Below, piece after piece: positions 19,291-29,846 of a stretch of 64,000 bases of DNA (position 1 is the first letter of the stretch; every line of letters starts with the position of its first letter). The translations under genes and the position numbers were made by a program. This DNA is from Candidatus Chisholmbacteria bacterium RIFCSPHIGHO2_01_FULL_52_32. Lineage in GTDB: Bacteria > Patescibacteriota > Microgenomatia > UBA1400 > Chisholmbacteraceae. The notes beneath the pieces are model-generated. The model was given only the letters and a program-made list of their open reading frames with translations, was not told where the DNA came from and searched no databases. The stretch covers positions 284,228-348,227 of the forward strand of contig MHCJ01000003.1 of NCBI GenBank assembly GCA_001816585.1, written 5' to 3'.

Positions 19291-19719
19291 TTAAGAAAAT
19301 GTCTGTCCGTGGTGCTTTCGGGCTCTGGCAACTTTGAGCTCCAGGACCGCCTTTTTTAGCGAGGCTTCGGCGAGGAGGATTTCCGTACGGGATACCCTTT
19401 GCTTTAAAAGTTCTTCAGCTCTGGTTTTGGCTTCCTCGGCTTTTCGGATATCGATCTCCTCTGCCCTGACGGCGCTGTCGACGAGGATGGTGACCGTATT
19501 TTCGGATGAAACGTCAATAAATCCGGCCCCGGTCACGAGTTCAATAGTCTGATCACCTTTTCGAACTGTGATTGTTCCCGTATTGAGACTCGAGAAGAAT
19601 GGCGTATGATGAGCCAGGATCGTGACCGCTCCTTCTGAAGCATAGGCGGTTACCGACTCCGCCGTGTCCTGGTAGAGCACGGTGTCTTGAGAGATGACTT
19701 CAAGCGAGAAGAGTTCCAT
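19291..19719 (-). CDS. atpC: F1 ATP synthase epsilon subunit
   Basis: 142 aa with an N-terminal beta-sandwich and a C-terminal helical hairpin, at the end of the atp operon. Confidence 0.85.
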   Translation of the reverse strand: MELFSLEVISQDTVLYQDTAESVTAYASEGAVTILAHHTPFFSSLNTGTITVRKGDQTIELVTGAGFIDVSSENTVTILVDSAVRAEEIDIRKAEEAKTRAEELLKQRVSRTEILLAEASLKKAVLELKVARARKHHGQTFS

Positions 19720-19725
19720 AATAGG

Positions 19726-19802
19726 CAGTTAATAGTTAAAAATTAAAAGTTAAAAGTTAAAAACCCAAATCAAGCAGTTAAAAGTTCAAAATTATAAGTT
19801 TG
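19726..19802. repeat. Heptamer array, about 11 units (AGTTAAA family), in the atpD-atpC intergenic gap
   Basis: The sequence reads cagttaa tagttaa aaattaa aagttaa aagttaa aaaccca aatcaag cagttaa aagttca aaattat aagtttg, i.e. period 7. It is directly upstream of the atpC start, which has no SD. Confidence 0.85.
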
Positions 19803-19859
19803 GTTCTATATAATAACCTCTGTTCCCATTGTTTCCTGTAAACTTTTGACTTTAGGCTA

Positions 19860-21726
<1,867 letters not shown>

Positions 21727-21740
21727 ACTGTTTCTTTCCG

Positions 21741-22655
21741 CTATGCTGACAACGCCTTCCGGGATGTAACCAAGTCAGCAATTTCACTGGTGATCGACTG
21801 CTGCCTATCCTTGTTGTATATGAGCGTTAGGTCTTGGATGATCTCAGCCGCGTTGTCTGAAGCGCTTTTCATCGCAACCATTCTGGCGCTCTGTTCCGAC
21901 GCCAACGCTTCGAGGGCCGTCTGATACACTTGCATTTCTATGTAGTGAGGAAGCAGCGCTTCCATGACCGTATCCGCATCGGGTTCAAACAGATAATCCT
22001 TCAGAGGTCTGATGAGGGTTTCGGAGGTTTCTTTCAGCTTCTTTGTCTCTATCGGAAGGAGACGGAATGAGTTTACTTCCTGTTTAAGGGTGGTGACAAA
22101 GTCCGTATAGACGATATAAACCTGCTTAAATTTTCCACTCATAAACCCTTCGATCGCGAGTTTAGCAATCGGGCTTACGTCTTCAAATTTCGGTCGCTCG
22201 GGGAGGTTTGTAAACTCTGCGTAGAGCGCTTGACCGGTTTTTAAAACATAGTCTCGGGATTTTCTGCCGACTGCAATGTACTCAAAACTTAACATTTGCT
22301 CTCGCATTTCTTCATGAAGAGCAAGCTTGAACTCTTCCATGGCTCGAAAAAGGTTCGTGTTTAAGGCGCCGCAAAGCCCGCGGTCGGAGGAGATAAGTAT
22401 TATTCCGGTTGCTCCTATGCTGTCAGGGAAAGACCTCAGCATTGGATGTTTGTCGGAGCGAATTCTGGTTGCCAGTTGAGAGAGGATTTCGCGCAATTTT
22501 GTAGAGTATGGCCTGGTAGTCAGCGCCTTTTCTTGGGCTCTTCGCATTTTTGAAGCAGCAACCATCTCCATGGCCTTGGTAATTTGTTTAATATTTTTTG
22601 CGGATCGGATTCTGCGTTTAATGATCTTAATTGCAGCCATATTATTCTTCCTCAA
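21741..22655 (-). CDS. atpG: F1 ATP synthase gamma subunit
   Basis: 304 aa. The N-terminus [31 protein letters not shown] is the gamma signature. Confidence 0.9.
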   Translation of the reverse strand: MRKNNMAAIKIIKRRIRSAKNIKQITKAMEMVAASKMRRAQEKALTTRPYSTKLREILSQLATRIRSDKHPMLRSFPDSIGATGIILISSDRGLCGALNTNLFRAMEEFKLALHEEMREQMLSFEYIAVGRKSRDYVLKTGQALYAEFTNLPERPKFEDVSPIAKLAIEGFMSGKFKQVYIVYTDFVTTLKQEVNSFRLLPIETKKLKETSETLIRPLKDYLFEPDADTVMEALLPHYIEMQVYQTALEALASEQSARMVAMKSASDNAAEIIQDLTLIYNKDRQQSITSEIADLVTSRKALSA

Positions 22656-24189
22656 GCATCAAGCCGCTTTCTATGGCGTTAAATGTTGTTGCGGCTTTTG
22701 TTAGCTCATCCTCGAGTTCGCCGGTCATTTCCGGTATTTGTCTGAGATGTTCGAGAATCTCCGGATGTGCCGTGTCGAGATATTGGATGAACAATCGTTC
22801 CCACTGGCGACATTGATCTTTCTTTACAGGGTCGAGAAAACCATTCGTTGCAGCCCAAATGATAACCACTTGGTGTTCGAGGGGAGCAGGCTCATCCCAC
22901 CCTTGTTTGAGGATTTCCGTGATGCGGGCCCCTCGCTCGAGTTGGCTTTGTGTTTTTGGATCAAGGTCGGAGGCGAACTGTGCGAATGCCGCCAACTCTC
23001 GATACTGCGCCAGATCCAAGCGGAGTTTTCCCGCCACCCTTTTCATGGCTTTCGCCTGTGCAGCACCGCCTACTCTCGAGACAGACAAGCCCACGTTTAT
23101 CGCCGGCCGTACTCCTGCGTAAAACAGGTCCGGTTCGAGGTAAATTTGGCCGTCGGTGATTGAGATAATATTGGTCGGAATATACGATGAAAGATCTCCC
23201 GCCTGAGTTTCAACAATTGGCAGGGCAGTGAGAGATCCGCCGCCGCGCTTTTTGTTCAGCTTGCAGGCACGCTCGAGTACGCGGGAGTGCAGGTAAAAAA
23301 TGTCTCCTGGGTACGCCTCTCTGCCCGAGGGCCGATGGAGGAGCAAGGAAAGCTCTCGATAAGACCATGCGTGTTTCGTGAGATCATCGTAAATGACTAA
23401 GGCATCACGGCCGTTATAGGCAAAATACTCCCCCAATGCACAGCCTGCATAGGGCGCGATGTACTGGAGCGTTGCCGGATCTGCTGCGGTTGCTGCTACG
23501 ATTATCGTGTGATCCAAGGCGTCAAACTGCTCGAGTATAGATACGAGTTTTGCCACGAATGAGGCTCTCTGCCCGATGACGACGTAGATACAGACAACAC
23601 CTGATCCTTTTTGGTTGATGATGGTCGTGATCGGGAGCGATGACTTCCCTGTGCCACGATCCCCAATGATGAGTTCTCGCTGACCTCTGCCGATGGGAAT
23701 CATGCTGTCGATGGCTTTCACCCCGGTTTGGAGCGGTACATGAACAGGCTCACGCTCAATAACCCCGGGAGCAAGACGCTCCAACGGGTAAAACTCTGTC
23801 TCTTTCGGCTTTGGTTTCCCATCCAAAGGGAAACCTAATGGGTCGATTACCCTGCCGATGAACGCATTCCCCACCGGAACCGAGAGTAAACGACCGGTAG
23901 TGTGGACCAAATCGCCTTCTTTGATGTGTTTATGCTCACCGAGGATAATCGTCCCGATCCGGTTTTCTTCGAGATTTACTGCAAGACCGAAGGTTTTTTT
24001 GGGAAATAACAAAAGTTCGTTATACATCACCTTGTAAAGGCCCCTTACCATTGCAACGCCATCACCCGCACTCTCCACGACTCCCACGCTCTCCGTCTTT
24101 AGTTCTGTTGTCTCCGCTTCCACCTTGGCTGTTTGATCAGAAATGAAGTCCAGAATTCTGGTGTACTCTTTGGCGAGGTTTCTTTTCAT
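22642..24189 (-). CDS. atpA: F1 ATP synthase alpha subunit
   Basis: 515 aa with Walker A GDRGTGKS. Confidence 0.95.
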   Translation of the reverse strand: MKRNLAKEYTRILDFISDQTAKVEAETTELKTESVGVVESAGDGVAMVRGLYKVMYNELLLFPKKTFGLAVNLEENRIGTIILGEHKHIKEGDLVHTTGRLLSVPVGNAFIGRVIDPLGFPLDGKPKPKETEFYPLERLAPGVIEREPVHVPLQTGVKAIDSMIPIGRGQRELIIGDRGTGKSSLPITTIINQKGSGVVCIYVVIGQRASFVAKLVSILEQFDALDHTIIVAATAADPATLQYIAPYAGCALGEYFAYNGRDALVIYDDLTKHAWSYRELSLLLHRPSGREAYPGDIFYLHSRVLERACKLNKKRGGGSLTALPIVETQAGDLSSYIPTNIISITDGQIYLEPDLFYAGVRPAINVGLSVSRVGGAAQAKAMKRVAGKLRLDLAQYRELAAFAQFASDLDPKTQSQLERGARITEILKQGWDEPAPLEHQVVIIWAATNGFLDPVKKDQCRQWERLFIQYLDTAHPEILEHLRQIPEMTGELEDELTKAATTFNAIESGLMLEEE

Positions 24190-24473
24190 GGAAGAAGTCT
24201 TTCCTTCAGTTTTTCGATTTTGGCCCGAAGCGTTGCGTCGATGGCTTTATCCCCGATTTTGATGTACAAGCCGCCAATAACAGAATCGTCCAGTCGATTT
24301 TCAATTTTGTAGATTCCTCCGAACAGGCCCGCGAGAATTTGCTCGATCTCCCTGCGTTGAAACGGGGATAGGGCAACGACAGAAACAACGAGGGCTGCTT
24401 TTGCCTTTGTCTCGATTGCTCTTTTCTGTTCTGCCTCAGAGGCGACCTTTATCTGACGTTTTTTCCGCCACAT
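24186..24473 (-). CDS. atpH: ATP synthase delta (OSCP) subunit, C-terminal domain only (N-terminally truncated, 95 aa)
   Basis: The C-terminus [25 protein letters not shown] is the delta/OSCP signature. It starts 1 nt after the atpF stop, and no N-terminal alpha-binding domain is encoded. Confidence 0.6.
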   Translation of the reverse strand: MWRKKRQIKVASEAEQKRAIETKAKAALVVSVVALSPFQRREIEQILAGLFGGIYKIENRLDDSVIGGLYIKIGDKAIDATLRAKIEKLKERLLP

Positions 24474-24474
24474 T

Positions 24475-24966
24475 CTAGGTTTTCTTCATCTTTTTTAGGC
24501 GCTCGATTTGGGCATGAATGATTGCTTTCTGATCGTGCGGCGTCAACGTGTCTTTCAAGAGCGTCTCTGTAGTTGCGACAACGGTTTGGGTAAACTTTCG
24601 CTCAAGCTCATGTTCCATCTGGTGAACCCGTGCCTTTGCGATATTTTCTGCTTTCTGAATCTTTGTTTCGGCTTCTTGATGCGCTTTTTCGAGAAGACCC
24701 TTTTCCACTTTTTCGGCTCTGATCCTGGCACCTTCCAAAATCTTATGTGCGTCCTTTTGCGCAGCGATTACCAACTTCTTTTTTTCATGCTCAAGCTTTT
24801 CCTGTTCGAGGATGCTCTTTTCGGCAGCCTCCAAGCCATCTCTAATCTTTCTTGCCCGCTGTTCAAGGATTCTTAAGATTGGGCCATACAGGTATTTTTT
24901 CAGAAGGAATAAAAGGATGGCAAAGTTCACGATCTGGAATAGTATCTGAAAAAAATTGATATTCAT
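24475..24966 (-). CDS. atpF: Fo ATP synthase subunit b
   Basis: 163 aa with a single N-terminal TM helix followed by a long charged coiled coil. Confidence 0.75.
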   Translation of the reverse strand: MNINFFQILFQIVNFAILLFLLKKYLYGPILRILEQRARKIRDGLEAAEKSILEQEKLEHEKKKLVIAAQKDAHKILEGARIRAEKVEKGLLEKAHQEAETKIQKAENIAKARVHQMEHELERKFTQTVVATTETLLKDTLTPHDQKAIIHAQIERLKKMKKT

Positions 24967-24975
24967 AGACCTTCC

Positions 24976-25191
24976 TTAAGTGAATTTCAGGATGAGGGCC
25001 ATTACCAGCGAGTAAATAGCAATGGCCTCAGCGAATGCTATACCTAAGATCATGACGGTCTGCACACGTGCCGATGCTTCGGGATTTCTCCCCATTGCTT
25101 CCAGAGCCTTGGCCACGATCAGTCCGATTGCTATTGCCGGTCCCATTCCTCCCATAGCGATTGTAAATCCCACAACAAAGTTTTCTGTCAT
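24976..25191 (-). CDS. atpE: Fo ATP synthase subunit c
   Basis: 71 aa hairpin proteolipid with the conserved carboxylate in helix 2 (AFAEAIAIY). Confidence 0.85.
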   Translation of the reverse strand: MTENFVVGFTIAMGGMGPAIAIGLIVAKALEAMGRNPEASARVQTVMILGIAFAEAIAIYSLVMALILKFT

Positions 25192-25238
25192 TATTGTTTC
25201 ACCTCCTTCTTTGATCTCGAACCGTTCCCCTGTCCATT

Positions 25239-25997
25239 CTAATGTTCTTCTTCATGGGGAAGCGTTGCCGTGTTCATAAACACCAACGTCAAGATTGCAA
25301 ATACCAAGGCCTGAATGAGCCCGATGAAAATTTCAAGTCCCATGAACGGCAGCGGAGCGAGGAAAGGGATTAACGCCAGACTGACTGCCAGGAGGACTTC
25401 TCCGGCAAAAATATTTCCGAAAAGCCGGAAGGCAAAGGAAATGATTTTTGACAATTCCGAGATGATGTCAAGAAGTCCCATGACAAATTTCATAGGATTC
25501 TTGAAATTAATGAAGCGTTGAAAATACGCAAAGCTTAAGTGTTTAAATCCCACAATCTGGATCATGCTTACTGAAATGAGCGCAAGGCCCAAGGTCGCAT
25601 TAAAGTCTGCTGAAGGCGGTCGAACGAGCGGGGCAAAGAGCGTTTTACCTTCATGGTCCATTCCCATGATTCCGATTGTCCCGACACCGGGCAGTAACTC
25701 CAGCCAATTAGAAAACAGGATGTAGAGGAAAAACGTCGCAATCAGCGGAAAGAATTCTTTCGTCTTCGCTTCGCCTGCAACAGAGACCATGAGATTATAT
25801 AAACTTTCGATGATCATTTCCGCAACATTCTGAACACCCTTAACCGACTTGCTCAGTTTGAGGTTCCTGGAAAGCCAAAAGGAAAAACCCACCAAAAAGA
25901 CCGAAACCGCAATGCCGGTAAGCATCGAGTTCGTGATGTCGATGTTTCCCAAACGAAAAAGCGGCTCTGCCGATATCGAAACGTTTAGTTTCGTCAT
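25239..25997 (-). CDS. atpB: Fo ATP synthase subunit a
   Basis: 252 aa polytopic protein with the conserved Arg in LALRLFGNIFAGE. Confidence 0.85.
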   Translation of the reverse strand: MTKLNVSISAEPLFRLGNIDITNSMLTGIAVSVFLVGFSFWLSRNLKLSKSVKGVQNVAEMIIESLYNLMVSVAGEAKTKEFFPLIATFFLYILFSNWLELLPGVGTIGIMGMDHEGKTLFAPLVRPPSADFNATLGLALISVSMIQIVGFKHLSFAYFQRFINFKNPMKFVMGLLDIISELSKIISFAFRLFGNIFAGEVLLAVSLALIPFLAPLPFMGLEIFIGLIQALVFAILTLVFMNTATLPHEEEH

Positions 25998-26024
25998 GGA
26001 AAGTTCACCCCAATTTTAACTTCT

Positions 26025-26864
26025 CTAGTCTTTCGCTGTCAAGGTAAAGGGATGGCGTATTTCTTTAAGCTTTGCCAGTCCATCCTTCGCTATTGCCCGT
26101 AAGTACGGTGAATTACACGCCACGAAGAAGGCCACGATTTCCTCCAGTTGTTTGACAATGTCACGCCGGAGCGGAAATTTCTCCTTGACAAGCTTGTGCG
26201 TTTTCAGACGCGTTTCCGAGTCAAAAACCGGTGTCGTATGTTTTTCCCCCTGGAGTTGTTGGATCTGCCGAAGTAGGTGGACTCTCATCTTTTCTTCCGT
26301 TTCTTTAATTGTTTTATTGATGATGAATTTCTGGTTCTGGATAAGGAGATCGATCACTTTCATAAGCAGGTTTTTCCGGACTATATACGATTGTTCTCCC
26401 CGAGAACCACCGGCTGTGGGTTTTCCTGCCAACAAGAACTTCAGCCCCAGTATAATCGTTTCCTCCTGTTTCAGCGTGGCATTAAACCAGATCGGACCCA
26501 AGAGGTCTGAAGTAATTTGCATACGAGTCAAGTGGCTTTTGTCGTTACGGTTGTTGATCCTTGGATCAGTTGCCCAGAAGATCAGCTTTGCGATCAGCCT
26601 GGTTCTTTTATTGGGATCGTGTAGTGCTGCAAGGATCTCGTTACGGACGGTTTCTGGGTAAATCGGGCCATCTCCGGGTCTGCGGGGAGGAAACGCACCA
26701 AAATGACGAGAAGCCACCTCTGCCCCGAGCAGGTTGAGCATGATATCCCTACGGACGAGATTGTCGTTTTGTACGGCTAATGCAACGAACGGATCGTACT
26801 TCATCCAGGCTACCACCGCCTTTTCAAACAGCGGAGCGCTTTTATTTTTTGGTTTGGCTTCCAT
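26025..26864 (-). CDS. Hypothetical soluble protein (279 aa) occupying the position upstream of atpB
   Basis: No TM segments or known motifs. It is co-oriented and located where atpI normally sits. Confidence 0.4.
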   Translation of the reverse strand: MEAKPKNKSAPLFEKAVVAWMKYDPFVALAVQNDNLVRRDIMLNLLGAEVASRHFGAFPPRRPGDGPIYPETVRNEILAALHDPNKRTRLIAKLIFWATDPRINNRNDKSHLTRMQITSDLLGPIWFNATLKQEETIILGLKFLLAGKPTAGGSRGEQSYIVRKNLLMKVIDLLIQNQKFIINKTIKETEEKMRVHLLRQIQQLQGEKHTTPVFDSETRLKTHKLVKEKFPLRRDIVKQLEEIVAFFVACNSPYLRAIAKDGLAKLKEIRHPFTLTAKD

Positions 26865-26895
26865 GGCCTGCCCATTTTACCACGCTTCCTCTTTT

Positions 26896-26925
26896 TGGTT
26901 TGTTGAGGACCATTCAGTTTCTCTG
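26896..26925 (+). promoter_or_regulatory. Promoter for the tRNA-Lys/tRNA-Glu pair (TTGAGG-N18-TATAAT)
   Basis: The -35-like TTGAGG and a perfect -10 TATAAT end about 15 nt before tRNA-Lys. Confidence 0.5.
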
Positions 26926-26940
26926 GTATAATTTCAATGC

Positions 26941-27013
26941 GGGCCCGTAGCTCAGCGGCAGAGCGACAGCCTTTTAAGCTGTGCGTCGGAGGTTCGACTC
27001 CTCCCGGGCTCAC
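26941..27013 (+). tRNA. tRNA-Lys (anticodon UUU)
   Basis: Manual fold: acceptor GGGCCCG/CGGGCTC, anticodon stem ACAGC/GCTGT with loop CTTTTAA, T-loop GGTTCGACTCC and discriminator A. Confidence 0.85.
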
Positions 27014-27036
27014 ACGATAAAGCAAAATTAAAAAAT

Positions 27037-27108
27037 GCCCCCTTAGTCTAGAGGTCAGGACGTCGGGTTTTCATCCCGGAAACAGGGGTTCGATTCCCCT
27101 AGGGGGCG
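27037..27108 (+). tRNA. tRNA-Glu (anticodon UUC)
   Basis: Manual fold: acceptor GCCCCCT/AGGGGGC, anticodon loop TTTTCAT and T-loop GGTTCGATTCC. Confidence 0.8.
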
Positions 27109-27117
27109 CAGAGTTAA

Positions 27118-27159
27118 TAGGGTTTTGGGTAAAGGGTTTAGGGTATAGGGTTTAAAGGC
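27118..27159. repeat. Heptamer array (TAGGGTT / TTTAGGG-like), 6 units, downstream of tRNA-Glu and of the tkt stop
   Basis: The sequence reads tagggtt ttgggta aagggtt tagggta tagggtt taaaggc, i.e. period 7. Confidence 0.8.
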
Positions 27160-27176
27160 CAGGAATTAGTCACGGT

Positions 27177-29036
27177 TTAAGTGCTGAGGAGTTCAAGTGT
27201 CTTTTCGACAATTGCTCGTTTGGAAATATCTTCATAATCAAGCAATTCTTCCATCGTCCCGCTCGTCGGTTGTTTTGTGACCGCGAGTGAGTGGATAGGA
27301 ACTTTTTGGTTGAAAAGAGCGCTTCGCACCGCTTCGCCTATCCCTCCCTCGGGATAATGATCCTCAACCGTAATGAATGCTTTGGTTTCCCTGGCGCAAC
27401 GGGTGAGCGTCTCGATGTCGATGGGCTTTATGGAGTACAGATCGACGACACGGATGAAGATACCTTGCTTTTTTAGCTGCTCATATGCTGCCAGAGTTTC
27501 ATGAAGTGTTATCCCTGCGGCGATTACCGTTACGGAATCGTTCTCGCTGCTTTTAAGAATCTTGCACTTTCCAATTTGAAATTGTTCATCCTCGCCATAA
27601 ATAACCGGCGTATCATTTCTTGTTACCCGCAGGTATACGATCCCGGGATGCTCTATTGCTTTTTCGATGAGTTTTTCACAGGACACCGCATCGGAGGGGT
27701 AGAGGACGATGCTTCCCAAAAGACCGCGAAACAACGCGATATCCTCAAGTCCCATTTGGGATGGTCCGTCAGTATTGATCGAGACACCTGCAAAGGAACC
27801 GGCAAATTTGACATTGGCATTTGCATACTGGAGCATCCGCAGCTGGTCATGAGTTCTGGTGAAAAACGCGGCAAAGGTTGAGACAAAAGGAATTTTCCCG
27901 CGCAAGCTTAAGCCGAGTGCGATTCCCACCATGTTTTGTTCAGCGATGTACATCTCGAAATATCGCTTGGGAAAGTACTCTTCGAAGGTTTGCGCAAAGG
28001 TTGAGTTTTTCACTTCCGCGTCCAGAGCTATGACTTTGGGATTGCGAAAGCCGATTCGAACGAGTGCGACCCCATACGCTCGTCGTACCGAGATCCTATC
28101 ACCTACCTTGTACGACGGAAGTTCCGTAAGAGGTTTTTCCGGTTGGCCTTTCTGTAGCTTTGGCAATATGCTTTGCGGTTTTCCGAGCGCACCACGTGCG
28201 GAAACATCAATTGGTCCGAGCTCTTTTTCCGCACTGTCAAATTCAGCTACTGATAAGGCTTTCCCATGCCAACCTTCTTTATTTTCAGTGAATGATACAC
28301 CCTTCCCCTTGAGCGTTTTTGCGATGATCGCAGTTGGTTTTTCAGCCTCTGTTAATGCTTCGTGATAGGCATGGAAGACTTTGGCTAGGTCGTGGCCATC
28401 GTCAATGGGTATCGCTCGCCATCCGAAGGCACTCAGTCGTTCTGCGTAGGCCGAAATGTCATGTCCGTACATCGTCTCGCCGCGTTGCCCGAGGCGGTTC
28501 ACGTCGATTACGCCAACCAAGTTATTGAGTTTGTAATGTGCGGCAAGCTGGATCGCTTCCCAAACAGAACCTTCCGACATTTCGCTGTCGCCGAGAAGGA
28601 CATACGTTCTGTAGGGCAGTTCGTCGAGAAGCTTCGCATTCAGCGCCAGACCAACCCCGACGGAGAGCCCCTGGCCTAAAGACCCCGTGGGGGCTTCCAC
28701 GAAGGGCAAGTCCTTCGCCGGGTGACCTTCCAGACGGCTGCCCATTTTCCGAAGTGTCAGGAGTTCTTTTTCTTCAATTGCGCCTGCTAAGGTATAGAGC
28801 GCATACAGAAGCGGGGCCGCATGTCCCTTTGAAAAAATAAGACGGTCGTTGTTGGGATTGTTCGGATTGGAAAGGTCGGCGCGGAATAAACCGCCAAAGA
28901 GAAGTGTCACCATGAGCTCAACGGAAGAGAGGGCCGAAGTGGGATGTCCGGAGCCAGCCTCGGTGGTTGAACGAAGAATCCAGTACCGAATTGTTTTTGA
29001 AAATTCACTCAACCTTCTTTTTTTCGAATCATCCAT
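27177..29036 (-). CDS. tkt: Transketolase
   Basis: 619 aa. The N-terminal TPP motif is SGHPTSALSSVELM and GDSEMSEGSVWEA is also present. All three transketolase domains are found. Confidence 0.9.
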   Translation of the reverse strand: MDDSKKRRLSEFSKTIRYWILRSTTEAGSGHPTSALSSVELMVTLLFGGLFRADLSNPNNPNNDRLIFSKGHAAPLLYALYTLAGAIEEKELLTLRKMGSRLEGHPAKDLPFVEAPTGSLGQGLSVGVGLALNAKLLDELPYRTYVLLGDSEMSEGSVWEAIQLAAHYKLNNLVGVIDVNRLGQRGETMYGHDISAYAERLSAFGWRAIPIDDGHDLAKVFHAYHEALTEAEKPTAIIAKTLKGKGVSFTENKEGWHGKALSVAEFDSAEKELGPIDVSARGALGKPQSILPKLQKGQPEKPLTELPSYKVGDRISVRRAYGVALVRIGFRNPKVIALDAEVKNSTFAQTFEEYFPKRYFEMYIAEQNMVGIALGLSLRGKIPFVSTFAAFFTRTHDQLRMLQYANANVKFAGSFAGVSINTDGPSQMGLEDIALFRGLLGSIVLYPSDAVSCEKLIEKAIEHPGIVYLRVTRNDTPVIYGEDEQFQIGKCKILKSSENDSVTVIAAGITLHETLAAYEQLKKQGIFIRVVDLYSIKPIDIETLTRCARETKAFITVEDHYPEGGIGEAVRSALFNQKVPIHSLAVTKQPTSGTMEELLDYEDISKRAIVEKTLELLST

Positions 29037-29094
29037 TTGACTTCATTCAGACACATCATCCCCCGCTTGTCAAAAGAGATGGGTCAGCTACTGT

Positions 29095-29454
29095 TTATGC
29101 CGTTACATTTTTGAGATGACGGATCGATTTCAGCTCGCCCTGTCCGGTTACCTCTATTGCTACGACGTCGACGCGCATGCTCGAAGGAGTCCTTCGGTTC
29201 AACTTCATAAAGATGTTTGCGGTGGTCAGGATCGATTTCAACTTCCTTTTTGTCACCGCCTCTACGGGATTTCCGTACCTCAAACTAAAGCGTGTTTTCA
29301 CCTCAACAAATACCAACGTTTTTTTGTCAAGAAGGATGAGATCGATCTCTCCGTACGGACAGGAGAAGTTGCGATCCAGAAGTTTGTAGCCAAGTTTTCT
29401 TAGGTAAAAAAGTGCCAGGTCCTCACCCCTGGCTCCCAGAAATCTTCGCTTCAC
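29095..29454 (-). CDS. YraN/UPF0102 family endonuclease
   Basis: 119 aa. The pattern GEDLALFYLRKLGYKLLDRNF ... GEIDLI ... FVEVKTR matches YraN. Confidence 0.75.
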   Translation of the reverse strand: MKRRFLGARGEDLALFYLRKLGYKLLDRNFSCPYGEIDLILLDKKTLVFVEVKTRFSLRYGNPVEAVTKRKLKSILTTANIFMKLNRRTPSSMRVDVVAIEVTGQGELKSIRHLKNVTA

Positions 29455-29794
29455 CGTGATCTTGTTCTCCCTTTTGAGAACTTTTAACCTGCGCTTCTTT
29501 CCCGACTCTGTTCCTGAGATAGTAAAGCTTACTTTTCTTTGCGTACCCGCGCTTGATTACGGTAAGCCTGTCTATAGAGGGAGAGTTCACCGGCCAGATG
29601 CGTTCCACTCCGACCCCTCCGGCTGCCACCTTCCTGACCGTAAACGATTTCCCTGAATCCCGCCCTTTCATGGCAATTACGATGCCCTCGAACGCTTGGG
29701 TCCGCAGCTTTTCTTCTTCCCGAATCAATTGGTAGACACGAACGATGTCTCCGATGTGAACTGCCTTATTTTTGATTGTGGTTGTCATTGCCAT
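29423..29794 (-). CDS. rplS: 50S ribosomal protein L19
   Basis: 123 aa. The pattern GDIVRVYQLIREEEKLRTQAFEGIVIAMKG ... matches L19. Confidence 0.9.
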   Translation of the reverse strand: MAMTTTIKNKAVHIGDIVRVYQLIREEEKLRTQAFEGIVIAMKGRDSGKSFTVRKVAAGGVGVERIWPVNSPSIDRLTVIKRGYAKKSKLYYLRNRVGKEAQVKSSQKGEQDHGEAKISGSQG

Positions 29795-29846
29795 ATTGTA
29801 TCTCCAGTCGTCTGGGAGAGAATTTTACCAGAAACAGGCGATTTCC

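Noticed and set aside
27118-27159. Reading the TTTAGGG-type arrays as genuine telomeres or eukaryotic contamination
   Set aside because: The arrays are only 3-6 units, degenerate, and embedded between a bacterial tRNA and transketolase with continuous bacterial gene context.
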